Shown one piece after another: positions 20,230 to 29,104 of a stretch of 64,000 bases of DNA. A program made the translations under genes and the position numbers. This stretch comes from an uncultured Candidatus Rokubacteria bacterium (GTDB lineage Bacteria > Methylomirabilota > Methylomirabilia > Rokubacteriales > CSP1-6). How positions within the stretch are numbered: the stretch's first letter is position 1; every line of letters starts with the position of its first letter. The stretch is taken from contig CAVXJS010000019.1 of assembly GCA_963762145.1 (NCBI GenBank), forward strand, positions 160,001 through 224,000, read 5' to 3'. Below the pieces are notes generated by a model, which searched no databases, was not told where the DNA came from, and saw nothing but the letters and a program-made list of their open reading frames with translations.

Positions 20230-20258
20230 TCCCATCTCGGAACCCAGAGGAGGGACCG

Positions 20259-20432
20259 ATGCCGACCTACCTGATGAGCTGCACCCATTGCGCTTACGAA
20301 GTCGCGTTTCGGACGGAGCCGGATGCGAAAACCGAAGGAGTTCGGCACCTTCTACAGTTCCCGGCCCACGGCGTGAAGGTCACGCCCAGTGAGGATGCCA
20401 TTATCCGGGATGAGGAAAGAGTTACCGCGTAA
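20259..20432 (+). CDS. 57-aa putative Zn-binding small protein (below the ORF-track cutoff)
   Basis: GAGGAGG RBS; MPTYLMSCTHCAYEVAFRTEPDAKTEGVRHLLQFPAHGVKVTPSEDAIIRDEERVTA, with CxxC and two later His. Confidence 0.65.
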   Translation: MPTYLMSCTHCAYEVAFRTEPDAKTEGVRHLLQFPAHGVKVTPSEDAIIRDEERVTA

Positions 20433-20441
20433 TACCCAAAA

Positions 20442-20909
20442 TTACAGGTACTGCCCCGGCTCCCGGAGAGGGTCTCCGGGCGCCGGGGGCAGTCCGCGGT
20501 GCCGGCGCATCTCCTCGATCTCGGCCCGCGCCTGCATCTGCTGCGTCCACAGCGCGGCCTGGATCCCCTGAAAGAGTCCCTCGAGCCAGCCGACGAGCTG
20601 GGCCTGAGCCAGCCGGATCTCGGACTCGGTCGAGCTGCTGTCGAGCGGGATCGTGAGCGTGTCGAGCTCGTCCTGCAGGTCCTTCGACACGCCTTCCTTG
20701 AGCCCCGCGAGCGCCCGCTGGTAGACCTCGCGCACGCGCTGCCGTCCCGCCTCGTCCGGCTTGGACTGGCGGACGTCCGCGAGCATCTCGCGGATCATCG
20801 ACGCGATGCGGATCAGCTTGGCCGGCTGCTCGATCGTCGGCCCTTGCGGGATCTGGGCCGGGAGAACCTCGGGATGCTGGTCCGGATGCGCGTCGTCGTT
20901 GGGCGTCAT
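20442..20909 (-). CDS. bpa: Bacterial proteasome activator (Bpa/PafE)
   Basis: EQPAKLIRIASM, RLAQAQLVGWLEGLFQGIQ, and the C-terminal GQYL proteasome-docking motif. Confidence 0.9.
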   Translation of the reverse strand: MTPNDDAHPDQHPEVLPAQIPQGPTIEQPAKLIRIASMIREMLADVRQSKPDEAGRQRVREVYQRALAGLKEGVSKDLQDELDTLTIPLDSSSTESEIRLAQAQLVGWLEGLFQGIQAALWTQQMQARAEIEEMRRHRGLPPAPGDPLREPGQYL

Positions 20910-21046
20910 GGCTCCGATGCTACCACGCGCTGCTCCAGGGCCGGTCGCCGTGGATCGGTCGAATCAACACGGTAAGGCGTTCCGCTCCGATGGGGGGCGC
21001 GCGTGGCGCGGGGCGACAAGCGACTGATCTCGTGGGCTTTCCGCGC

Positions 21047-21062
21047 GGGCACGGCCTTTGCG
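21047..21062 (+). promoter_or_regulatory. sigma54 -24/-12 promoter motif
   Basis: GGGCAC-GGCCT-TTGCG, 40 nt upstream of ATG 21102. Confidence 0.65.
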
Positions 21063-21101
21063 ATGTCCGGCCCCAAGACGCGGCACCGAGGAGGAGCGAC
21101 G

Positions 21102-21449
21102 ATGACTCGACGGATCACGACGGGGCTGGCGATGGGCGCGGTGATGCTGGGAGCGATGATCGGATCGGCGGCGCCGGCGCTCGCCGCGATGGCCGCGATC
21201 ACCACGGTGGCCCCGGTCGGCGACGACGTGACGGAAGAAGGCGTGAAGGCCGCGGCCGCGAGCGCGCTGGGACGGGCAGTGCGCGGGGCACAGGCGATGG
21301 GCCTCGACGAGGTCATGCTCAAGAGCATTCGCATGGTGCCGGGGACCGGCGTGGTGGTGGAGATCGTCGCGACCGATCAGGACACGTCTCTGGAGGAGTC
21401 GGCCGCCGAGCGGGAGCCGGTCGCGCCGTCGGGCGCCCCGCGGATCTAG
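21102..21449 (+). CDS. Small secreted hypothetical protein
   Basis: GAGGAGG RBS; signal peptide ending in ALA. Confidence 0.7.
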   Translation: MTRRITTGLAMGAVMLGAMIGSAAPALAAMAAITTVAPVGDDVTEEGVKAAAASALGRAVRGAQAMGLDEVMLKSIRMVPGTGVVVEIVATDQDTSLEESAAEREPVAPSGAPRI

Positions 21450-21853
21450 CCCTTCCGGGGCTTCTCCGCGACCGGGTAGCCCTTCTTCTTCCACTCCGCG
21501 AAGCCGCCGTCCATCTCCACGACCGCCTCGAGGCCCATCTGCTGGGCCACGTCGGTGGCCAGGGCCGAGCGCCACGCGCCGTTGCAGTAGAAGACGAACT
21601 CCTTGTCGGCGGCGGCGAAGACGTCCTTGTGATACGGGCTGTCCGGATCCACCCAGAACTCGAGCATGCCGCGCGGGCAGTGGAAGGCGCCGGGGATCAT
21701 GCCCTCGCGCTCCAGCTCGCGGACGTCCCGGAGGTCGACGAACACGACCCGGTCGCTGCCGAGACGGCCCTTGGCCTCCTCGAGGCTGATGGTCTTGATG
21801 CGCGACTTGGCCTCGTCCACCATCTGCTTGAATCCCTTGCGTGGGCTCTTCAT
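21446..21853 (-). CDS. Rhodanese-like domain protein
   Basis: VDLRD, GMIPGA, RGMLEF, FYCNGAWRS, MDGGFAEW. Confidence 0.9.
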   Translation of the reverse strand: MKSPRKGFKQMVDEAKSRIKTISLEEAKGRLGSDRVVFVDLRDVRELEREGMIPGAFHCPRGMLEFWVDPDSPYHKDVFAAADKEFVFYCNGAWRSALATDVAQQMGLEAVVEMDGGFAEWKKKGYPVAEKPRKG

Positions 21854-21867
21854 GGTCGCTCCTCAGG

Positions 21868-22563
21868 TCAGACTTCCAGGTTCTCTCTGCGCACCGCCGC
21901 GTTGGCGGCCAGGTCGGCGGGCGTCCCATCGAACACGATACGCCCGTGGCCCATCACGTACACGCGGTGCGAGATCTTGAGCGCGATCGTCAGCTTCTGC
22001 TCGACCAGGAGGATCGAGACCCCGCGGCTCGCGATCTCGTCGAGGAACCGGCCCACCTGGGTGACCAGCATCGGGGCGAGCCCCTCGGTGGGCTCGTCGA
22101 TGATGACCAGCTCGGGGTCGCCCATGAGGGTGCGGCCCATGGTCAGCATCTGCTGCTCGCCGCCCGACAGTACGCCGGCCAGGTTGTCCTGCCGCTCACG
22201 CAGGTGCGGGAAGAGCGCGAACATGTCGTCGAACGACCAGCGGCCGAACCGTCCCGCGCGTTTCTGGCCGAGCTCGAGATTCTGGCGCACGGTCAGGGTG
22301 GGGAAGACCTGGCGGTCTTCCGGCACGTAGCCGATGCCCGCGTGGGCGATCTGGTCCGGGCGCAGCCCGACCAGGCTCTTGCCCTTCCACAGGACCTCGC
22401 CCACCGGCTCGACCAGCCCCATGATCGCCTTGCAGGTGGTGGAGCGGCCGACGCCGTTGCGCCCGAGCAGGCTCACGATCTCGCCCGCGCGCACCTCGAG
22501 GTGCACGCCCTGCAGGATGTGGCTCTTGCCGTAGAAGGCGTGGAGATCGCGGACGGTCAGCAT
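21868..22563 (-). CDS. livF: Branched-chain amino acid-type ABC transporter ATPase (LivF-like)
   Basis: GRNGVGRS, LSGGEQQM, DEPTEGLAP. Confidence 0.88.
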   Translation of the reverse strand: MLTVRDLHAFYGKSHILQGVHLEVRAGEIVSLLGRNGVGRSTTCKAIMGLVEPVGEVLWKGKSLVGLRPDQIAHAGIGYVPEDRQVFPTLTVRQNLELGQKRAGRFGRWSFDDMFALFPHLRERQDNLAGVLSGGEQQMLTMGRTLMGDPELVIIDEPTEGLAPMLVTQVGRFLDEIASRGVSILLVEQKLTIALKISHRVYVMGHGRIVFDGTPADLAANAAVRRENLEV

Positions 22564-22576
22564 CGGAAGGCTCGCA

Positions 22577-23347
22577 TCAGGCGATCTCCGCGGGGACCCC
22601 GAGATAGGCCTCCTGCACCGCGCGGCTGGCCCGGATCTCGGCGGGCGGCCCGGACGCGATGACCTGGCCGTAGACCAGCACGGTCACCACGTCGGCCACG
22701 TCGAAGACCACGCTCATGTCGTGCTCGACCATCACGAGCGTCTTGCCCGCGGTCACGCGGCGGATCAGGGCGACCGCGTGATCGGCCTCGCTGCGGCTCA
22801 TGCCCGCGGTGGGCTCGTCGAGCAGGATGGTGTCGGCGCCGCCCGCGATCGTGATGCCGATCTCGAGCGCGCGCTGCTCGGCGTAGGAGAGGAGGCCCGC
22901 GGGCACGTCCCGGCGTGCTTCCAGATTCACGTCGGCGAGCAGGCGCGCGGCCGCCTCGTTCAGGGCGCGCTCGCCGCCCAGCAGGTGCCAGAACGAGTAG
23001 CGGTAGCCCCGCGACCACAGGAGCCCGCAGCGGATGTTCTCGAACACGGTCATGCGCGCGAAGATCGAGGTGACCTGGAAGCTCCGGGAGAGGCCGCGCC
23101 GGTTGATCTCGTGCGGGGCCAGGCCGTCGAGGCGCCGGCCGTTCAGCTCGATCGCGCCCGAGGAGACCGGGAAGCGCCCGCTGATCAGGTTGAACAGCGT
23201 GGTCTTGCCCGCGCCGTTGGGCCCGATGATGGCGTGACGCGAGCCCCGGGCCACGTCGAGGCTCACGCCCATGATGACCGCGGTGGGCCCGAAGCTTTTG
23301 TGCACGTCGGTCAGGCGCAGGGCAGGCGCCGCGACGGGAGCGCTCAT
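22577..23347 (-). CDS. livG: ABC transporter ATPase (LivG-like)
   Basis: GPNGAGKTT, RSFQ, LLDEPTAG, VEHDM, VQEAYLG. Confidence 0.88.
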   Translation of the reverse strand: MSAPVAAPALRLTDVHKSFGPTAVIMGVSLDVARGSRHAIIGPNGAGKTTLFNLISGRFPVSSGAIELNGRRLDGLAPHEINRRGLSRSFQVTSIFARMTVFENIRCGLLWSRGYRYSFWHLLGGERALNEAAARLLADVNLEARRDVPAGLLSYAEQRALEIGITIAGGADTILLDEPTAGMSRSEADHAVALIRRVTAGKTLVMVEHDMSVVFDVADVVTVLVYGQVIASGPPAEIRASRAVQEAYLGVPAEIA

Positions 23348-24675
23348 GCCCGCGTCCCCATCGCCTTGATCTCCTCGGTCACCGCGCCCCACGCGGCGCC
23401 GATCCGGCGCATCTCCCCGCGTAGCCAGAGACCGCCCGCGGCCAGCAGCAGGACGGCGGCGATCCAGGGCGTGGCGCTGCGCGGGTCCACCGTGACGCCC
23501 GAGAGGGTCAGGCTCTTGCCCTGGGCCGCGCCGATGGTGAGGAACGAGCAGAGCTCGATCGCGAGCACGAAGCCGACCACCACGAGGAGCGTGGGAACGA
23601 CCAGGCGGGCGTAGGGGCCGGCCAGGCGCCCGAGGCGGCCCGCGCGCCAGATCGGCTGGTGCATCATGACGAGGCCCGCGATGCCGCCCGGGGCGAAGGT
23701 CACCATCATGATGAACAGCACGCCCGCGTAGACCAGCCACGAGTTGGAGAGCAGGCTCACCCAGCTCTGGAGCAGCACGATCAGGACCGCGCCGATGACC
23801 GGCCCCGCGAAGGCCCCGACGCCGCCGATGTAGGTCATGAGCAGCGCGTTGGCGGCCATGCCCCCGCCCACCGTGTCGTAGGTGACGATCTCGTAGGTCA
23901 GGGTGTAGAGCGCCCCCGCGATGCCCGCGAAGAATCCGGAGAGGGAGAATTGGACGAAGCGCACCATGCGCGGGTCGTAGCCCACGAACTGCGCGCGCTC
24001 GAAGTTGTCCCGGCACGCGTTGGCCATGCGCCCGAGCGGGGTGCGCGTGAGGAGCAGCATCAAGGCCACCGCGACCACCGTCCAGGCCACGATCAGGTAG
24101 TAGACCTGCAGCGGCTGCGCGTAGCCCACCCCGAACACGCTACGTCCAATCATGCGATTGGTGCTGACGCCGCCCTCGCCGCCGAAGAAGGTCTGGAACA
24201 TGAGCGCGCACGAGGTGACGAGCTCGCCGATGCCGAGGGTGATCATGGCGAAGGCGGTGGCGCGCTGCTTGGTGGCGAAGTAACCGAAGAGGATCGCGAA
24301 GACGAGGCCGCCGAGGCCGCCCGCGAGGGGCGTCAGCTCGAGAGGCAGCCAGAACGTGCCCGCCTTCACCGCGTTCAGGGTATGCGCGGTGACGTAGCCG
24401 CCCAGCCCCAGGAAGACCGCGTGGCCGAACGAGAGCAGCCCGGTCTGGCCCATCTGCATGTTGTAGCTGAGCGCGAAGATGATCATGATGCCCATCTGGC
24501 TCAGCATGGACACCATGAAGCCGGAGTGCCGCCCGGTGCTCCAGTCGTAGGAGAGATACGGCACCAGCAGTGCTACCAGGAGGGCGATCAGCCACGGCCA
24601 CTGCCGGCCGAGGAAGCCGAGGGTCTGCGACGCGCCCAGAGTGCGGGCGGCGGGTTGGGCGATCGGCTCGCTCAT
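23344..24675 (-). CDS. livM: ABC permease (LivM-like)
   Basis: GQTGLLSFGHA, FAMITL; multiple TM helices. Confidence 0.88.
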   Translation of the reverse strand: MSEPIAQPAARTLGASQTLGFLGRQWPWLIALLVALLVPYLSYDWSTGRHSGFMVSMLSQMGIMIIFALSYNMQMGQTGLLSFGHAVFLGLGGYVTAHTLNAVKAGTFWLPLELTPLAGGLGGLVFAILFGYFATKQRATAFAMITLGIGELVTSCALMFQTFFGGEGGVSTNRMIGRSVFGVGYAQPLQVYYLIVAWTVVAVALMLLLTRTPLGRMANACRDNFERAQFVGYDPRMVRFVQFSLSGFFAGIAGALYTLTYEIVTYDTVGGGMAANALLMTYIGGVGAFAGPVIGAVLIVLLQSWVSLLSNSWLVYAGVLFIMMVTFAPGGIAGLVMMHQPIWRAGRLGRLAGPYARLVVPTLLVVVGFVLAIELCSFLTIGAAQGKSLTLSGVTVDPRSATPWIAAVLLLAAGGLWLRGEMRRIGAAWGAVTEEIKAMGTRA

Positions 24676-25619
24676 GTGTCGCGGGTGCCCATGAGGCCGC
24701 GCGGCTTCACGAGCAGCACGAGGATCAGCATGAGGTAGGGCAGGAGCGCGCCCACGCGGGGCAGCGGGATCGTCAGGAATTCGGCCAGCGGCGTGGCGGA
24801 CGTCACCGGGAGCCCGACCCGGGCCAGCAGGTCCGCGAACGACACGTCCAGGACCACCGCGAAGGTCTGCACCAGGCCCATGATCAGCGAGGCGATGAAG
24901 CAGCCCGCGAGCGAGCCCAGGCCGCCGAACACCACCACCACGAACACGATCGGGCCCATCGTGATCGCCATGGACGGCTCGGTCACGAGGAAATTGCCCC
25001 CGATCACGCCGGCCAGGCCGGCCAGGGCCGAGCCGCCCGCGAACACGATCGTGAACACGCGGGGCACGTTGTGGCCGAGGGCGCCCACCATCTCGGGATG
25101 CGTCAGGGCCGCCTGGATGACGAGGCCGATGCGCGTGCGCGTCAGGAGGAGCCAGATCGCCACGAACATCAGCGCCGAGATCAGCAGCATGAAGCCGCGG
25201 TAGGCGTGGAAGTTCGAGCCGTAGATCGTGAAGAGGGGGCCGTCCAGCAGGGCGGGCACGCGGTAGGGCACCGGCAGCAGGCCCCACGCCATCTGCACGC
25301 CCTTCTCGATGATGAAGGCCAGCCCGAAGGTGAAGAGCAGCTCTGCGATGTGGCCGTTCTTGTGCACGCGGCGAAGCGCGTACATCTCGATGAGCGCGCC
25401 CAGGAGGCCGCAGATGGCGGGGGCCAGGACCAGGGCGGGCCAGAAGCCGGTGACCCGGCTCACCGAGTATGCGAAGTAGGCGCCCAGCATGTACATGCTG
25501 GCGTGGGCGAAGTTGAGCACGCCCATCATCGAGAAGATGAGGGTGAGGCCGCTCGCCAGCATGAAGAGCAGCATGCCGTAGACGAGGCCGTTGAGCAGCG
25601 AGACGAGGAGGACTTCCAT
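24672..25619 (-). CDS. livH: ABC permease (LivH-like)
   Basis: SGLTLIFSMMGVLNFAH, GGLGS, KPRGLMG. Confidence 0.9.
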   Translation of the reverse strand: MEVLLVSLLNGLVYGMLLFMLASGLTLIFSMMGVLNFAHASMYMLGAYFAYSVSRVTGFWPALVLAPAICGLLGALIEMYALRRVHKNGHIAELLFTFGLAFIIEKGVQMAWGLLPVPYRVPALLDGPLFTIYGSNFHAYRGFMLLISALMFVAIWLLLTRTRIGLVIQAALTHPEMVGALGHNVPRVFTIVFAGGSALAGLAGVIGGNFLVTEPSMAITMGPIVFVVVVFGGLGSLAGCFIASLIMGLVQTFAVVLDVSFADLLARVGLPVTSATPLAEFLTIPLPRVGALLPYLMLILVLLVKPRGLMGTRDT

Positions 25620-25649
25620 ATGAAAGAGCCTTCCCACACCTGCTCCCTC

Positions 25650-25720
25650 GCCCCCTCACCCTGCCCTCTCCCCTTCGGTGAGAGGGTTGGGTGAGAGGGG
25701 AGAGGGCCGGGGTGAGGGGC
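25650..25720. repeat. REP-like palindromic hairpin (CCCTCACCC…CCCTCTCCC type)
   Basis: GCCCCCTCACCCTGCCCTCTCCCCT … AGGGGAGAGGGCCGGGGTGAGGGGC imperfect inverted repeat between the binding-protein and permease genes. Confidence 0.75.
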
Positions 25721-25737
25721 CTCCTAGTTCCTGAGCG

Positions 25738-26997
25738 CTACGACGACGGCCGCTTCATGTTGCAGGTATTGGGCTGGTCGAGGTCCTTGGGCAGGACGGT
25801 GGTCTCCGTCTTCCAGCCGAGCCCGGTCTTCTCCGAGTCGTACTTCACGCCCTTGGTGAAGACCCCGACGAAGTACTCGCTCAGGATCTGGTGGTCGGCC
25901 TTCCGCATCGTGACCTGGTGGCCGAGCATGTCGGTGATGGTCAGGCCCTCCAGGGCGGCCGCGAACTTGACCGGATCGGCGGAGCCCGCCTTGTTCATCG
26001 CGGCCTGGAGGAACTCGAAGATGGTGCGGAAGCCGCCCGCGTAAAAGTCGAAGTCGTGGGTGGAGCGGAACTGCTTGGTCCAGCCCTCGGTGTCGGGCTT
26101 GTTGGTCTCCACCGCGATGTTCTCGTGGAAGGCCATGACCGAGCGGACCTTGCCGTTGCCGGCGGGGCCGATGGCGGTCGCGCCGCCGCCCAGGTGGGCG
26201 TACATCGTGTAGTAGCGGATGTCGAGGCCCGCGTCCATGCCGCCCTTGATCAGCAGCGTCATGTCGGGTCCCCAGTTGCCGGTGAGCAGGGCCTGGGCGC
26301 CCGAGGCCTTGACCTTCGTGATGTAGGGCGAGAAGTCCTTCACCTTGCCGAGCGGGATCAACTCGTCGCCCACCACCTTGACGTCGGGCCGGAGCTTGGT
26401 GAGGAAGGTCTTCACGTCGCGCTGCACCGACTGGCCGAACAGGTAGTCCTGGTTGAGCAGGTAGACCTTGTTCACGTCCTTGGGCAGGGCGCGCACCATG
26501 GTCTCGGCCTTCATGCCCACGTGCGCGTCCATCCGGAAGTGCCAGTAGCTGCACTTCTCGTTGGTGAGCTCGGTGGCCACCGCGCCGCAGTTGACGTAGA
26601 CGATCCGGTTGGTCGGGTTCCGCTCGTTGTGCTTGTCCACGCCCTCGATGAGGGCGGCCGCGATGTTGGAGCCCGAGCACTGCATGATCACCGGGATGTT
26701 CTGGTCGGTGGCCGCCTTCAGCGCGAGCAGCGCCTCGGAGGGCTGCGACTTGTTGTCGAAGGAGACCAGCTCGAACTTGCGCCCGAGCGCCCCGCCGCGG
26801 CCGTTGATGTAGTCGATGATGTACTTGAACTGCTGCAGGTTCTGGTCGCCGACCTGCGCGAAGGGGCCCGACAGCGGGTCCGTGTACATGATCTTGATCG
26901 TGTTCTGGGCCTCGGCCGGCCCGGCGCCGACGGCGAAGCCGGTGGCCAGGAGAGTGCCCAGCAGGGTGGATATCAGTCGCTTGAGCCGGTCGCGCAT
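25738..26997 (-). CDS. ABC substrate-binding protein (LivK-like)
   Basis: Signal peptide; DPLSGPFA, INGRGG, NQDYLFG, TGNWG, MRKADHQ; AGGAGG RBS. Confidence 0.88.
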   Translation of the reverse strand: MRDRLKRLISTLLGTLLATGFAVGAGPAEAQNTIKIMYTDPLSGPFAQVGDQNLQQFKYIIDYINGRGGALGRKFELVSFDNKSQPSEALLALKAATDQNIPVIMQCSGSNIAAALIEGVDKHNERNPTNRIVYVNCGAVATELTNEKCSYWHFRMDAHVGMKAETMVRALPKDVNKVYLLNQDYLFGQSVQRDVKTFLTKLRPDVKVVGDELIPLGKVKDFSPYITKVKASGAQALLTGNWGPDMTLLIKGGMDAGLDIRYYTMYAHLGGGATAIGPAGNGKVRSVMAFHENIAVETNKPDTEGWTKQFRSTHDFDFYAGGFRTIFEFLQAAMNKAGSADPVKFAAALEGLTITDMLGHQVTMRKADHQILSEYFVGVFTKGVKYDSEKTGLGWKTETTVLPKDLDQPNTCNMKRPSS

Positions 26998-27054
26998 GAG
27001 GCCTCCTCTTTGAGTGGCGCGGGTCGCGCCGCCGTCCATGATTCGAGCAGGGCG

Positions 27055-27083
27055 AGGGTATCCCCGTCCGTGGCGCAAGTCAA
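27055..27083 (-). promoter_or_regulatory. sigma70-type promoter of the ABC operon
   Basis: Minus strand TTGACT-N17-TACCCT. Confidence 0.5.
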
Positions 27084-27105
27084 AGAAGATAGTAGGATAG
27101 CGCTC

Positions 27106-28107
27106 ATGCTCAACGTCCTCGTGACCATGCGCTTCGACCAGGGCCAGCTCGACCGGCTGCGCGCGGTGTCCCCCGAGATCGCGGTGTCGCAGGCCGATCC
27201 GGACGCCGCGGACTACGCCAGGACCGACGTCCTCTACGCGGGCGCGCCGCCCCGCGATCTCTCGCGGGCTCCCGGGCTGCGCTGGGTGCAGCTGCACATG
27301 GCCGGGGTCAACGGGCTCGCCGACCATCCGCTCTACACGGAGACCGCGATCCCGCTGACCACCACCAGCGGCGTGCACGCGGCCACGATCGCGGAGTACG
27401 CGGTGACCATGCTGCTGGCCCTGGCCCACCGGGTGCCCCGCATGGTGGAGTGGCAGCGGCGCGGGGGCTGGCCGCCCGACGAGCGGCGCTGGGAGCTGTT
27501 CGTGCCCGCGGAGGTGCGTGGGGCGACGCTCGGCATCATCGGCTACGGCAGCATCGGGCGCGAGCTGGCGCGCATCGCCAAGGCCGCGTTCGGCATGCGC
27601 GTGCTCGTGACCAAGCGCAATCCGGCGCAGCGGGCCGACGACGGCTACGCGCTGCCCGGCACCGGCGATCCGGAGGGCACGCTGCCCGACGAGTGGCTCG
27701 GCCACGACCGGCTCGACGCGCTGCTGGAGCGCTCGGACGTGGTCGTGCTGTGCGCGCCGCTGACGCCCGAGACCCGGGGCCTGGTCGGCGAGCGGGCGCT
27801 CGCCCGCATGAAGCCCTCCGCGTTCTTCATCAACGTGGGGCGCGGCGCCAGCGTGGACGAGGCGGCGCTGGCCCGCGCATTGCGCGACGGCCGGATCGCG
27901 GGCGCGGCGGTGGACGTCTTCGGCGAGGAGCCGCCTCCCGCGGGGCACCCGCTCTACGCGGTGGACAACGTCATCGTCTCCCCCCACGTCTCCGGCTTCC
28001 TGCCGAGCTACGACGAGAAGTGCTCGGTGCTCTTCGCGGAGAACCTGCGGCGCTTCCTGGCTGGCGCGCCGCTGCTGAACCTGGTAGACCGGGCTCGCGG
28101 CTACTGA
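27106..28107 (+). CDS. D-2-hydroxyacid dehydrogenase
   Basis: GIIGYGSIG, PLTPET, INVGRG, DVFGEEP, SPHVSG. Confidence 0.9.
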   Translation: MLNVLVTMRFDQGQLDRLRAVSPEIAVSQADPDAADYARTDVLYAGAPPRDLSRAPGLRWVQLHMAGVNGLADHPLYTETAIPLTTTSGVHAATIAEYAVTMLLALAHRVPRMVEWQRRGGWPPDERRWELFVPAEVRGATLGIIGYGSIGRELARIAKAAFGMRVLVTKRNPAQRADDGYALPGTGDPEGTLPDEWLGHDRLDALLERSDVVVLCAPLTPETRGLVGERALARMKPSAFFINVGRGASVDEAALARALRDGRIAGAAVDVFGEEPPPAGHPLYAVDNVIVSPHVSGFLPSYDEKCSVLFAENLRRFLAGAPLLNLVDRARGY

Positions 28108-29104
28108 GCGCGACCTGGTCGAGGGTGCACTGGCGCGGCGCCTTGTCGGGCCGCCAGCGCAGGAAGCGGGTGGCGTGACGGAAGCGATCTCCCGTGAAGT
28201 GGTCGTAGCTCACCTCGACGACCAGCTTGGGCTCGAGCGGCTCCCATTCCGCCGAGCGCTCGGTACTCCATCGGCTGGGCCCGCCCGGCGCGCGGCCCGT
28301 GAATCCGGGCGGCTTGATCAGGGGCTCGAGCTTGGCCAGGAGCGTCGTGCGGGCGGCGGCCGGGAAGCCGGACGTGAAGCCGACGTGATGGAGCAGCCCG
28401 TCCGCGTCGTAGAGGCCGAGGAGGAGCGAGCCCACCACCCGCGAGCCCGATGCGAGACGGAAGCCGCCCACCACGCAATCGACCGTGCGGCGGCGCTTCA
28501 CCTTCTGCATGCCGGTCCGCTCGCCGCTCTGGTAGGGCAGGTCGAGCCGCTTGGCCACGATGCCGTCGAGCGTACCGCCCGCCATGTCGAGCCAGGCGCG
28601 CGCCTGGGCCGCGTCCTCCGTGGCGGGGGAGAGCCGGACGTCGTCGCGACCGGCGAGCGCCTTGGCCGCGAAGGCTTCCAGGCGCCGCCGGCGCTCCAGG
28701 AGCGGGCGATCGACGAGCGCCTGGCCCGACGCGTCCACCAGCAGGTCGAAGACGATGAGCACCGCGGGGCGCTCCCGCGAGAGCCGCTCGATCCGGCTCG
28801 CGGCCGGGTGGATGCGCTGGAGGAGATCGTCGAAGGACAGGCGGCCGTCCAGCGGGATGACGATCTCCCCGTCGAGGACGAAGGAGCGGGCGGGCAGCGC
28901 GCGCAGGTGCGCGACCACCTCCGGGAAGTAGCGAGCCAGCGGCTGGCCGTTCTTCGACTGGAGCTCGATCCGGTCGCCGTCGCGGAAGGCGAGGCAGCGG
29001 AAGCCGTCCCACTTGGGCTCGTACTGCCAGCCGGGACCGTCCGGGATCTCGTCCACGAGCCGCGCCTCCATCGGCGCGTAGGGCGGCGCGAGCGGCAGGC
29101 TCAC
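27971..29104 (-). CDS. ligC: ATP-dependent DNA ligase (LigC-type)
   Basis: YEPKWDGFR, LDGEIV, GSLLLGLYD, FLRWRPDK; start coupled to the upstream gene; exact 3' end uncertain because it overlaps the convergent gene. Confidence 0.88.
   Translation of the reverse strand: MSLPLAPPYAPMEARLVDEIPDGPGWQYEPKWDGFRCLAFRDGDRIELQSKNGQPLARYFPEVVAHLRALPARSFVLDGEIVIPLDGRLSFDDLLQRIHPAASRIERLSRERPAVLIVFDLLVDASGQALVDRPLLERRRRLEAFAAKALAGRDDVRLSPATEDAAQARAWLDMAGGTLDGIVAKRLDLPYQSGERTGMQKVKRRRTVDCVVGGFRLASGSRVVGSLLLGLYDADGLLHHVGFTSGFPAAARTTLLAKLEPLIKPPGFTGRAPGGPSRWSTERSAEWEPLEPKLVVEVSYDHFTGDRFRHATRFLRWRPDKAPRQCTLDQVALSSREPGLPGSAAARQPGSAAGSPRRAPSTSRRSSAGSRRRGGRR

Noticed and set aside
27971-28107. 137-nt convergent overlap of ligC and the dehydrogenase as a functional dual-coding region
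   Set aside because: The LigC tail after CTLDQV is low-complexity; a lost stop or indel is more likely.
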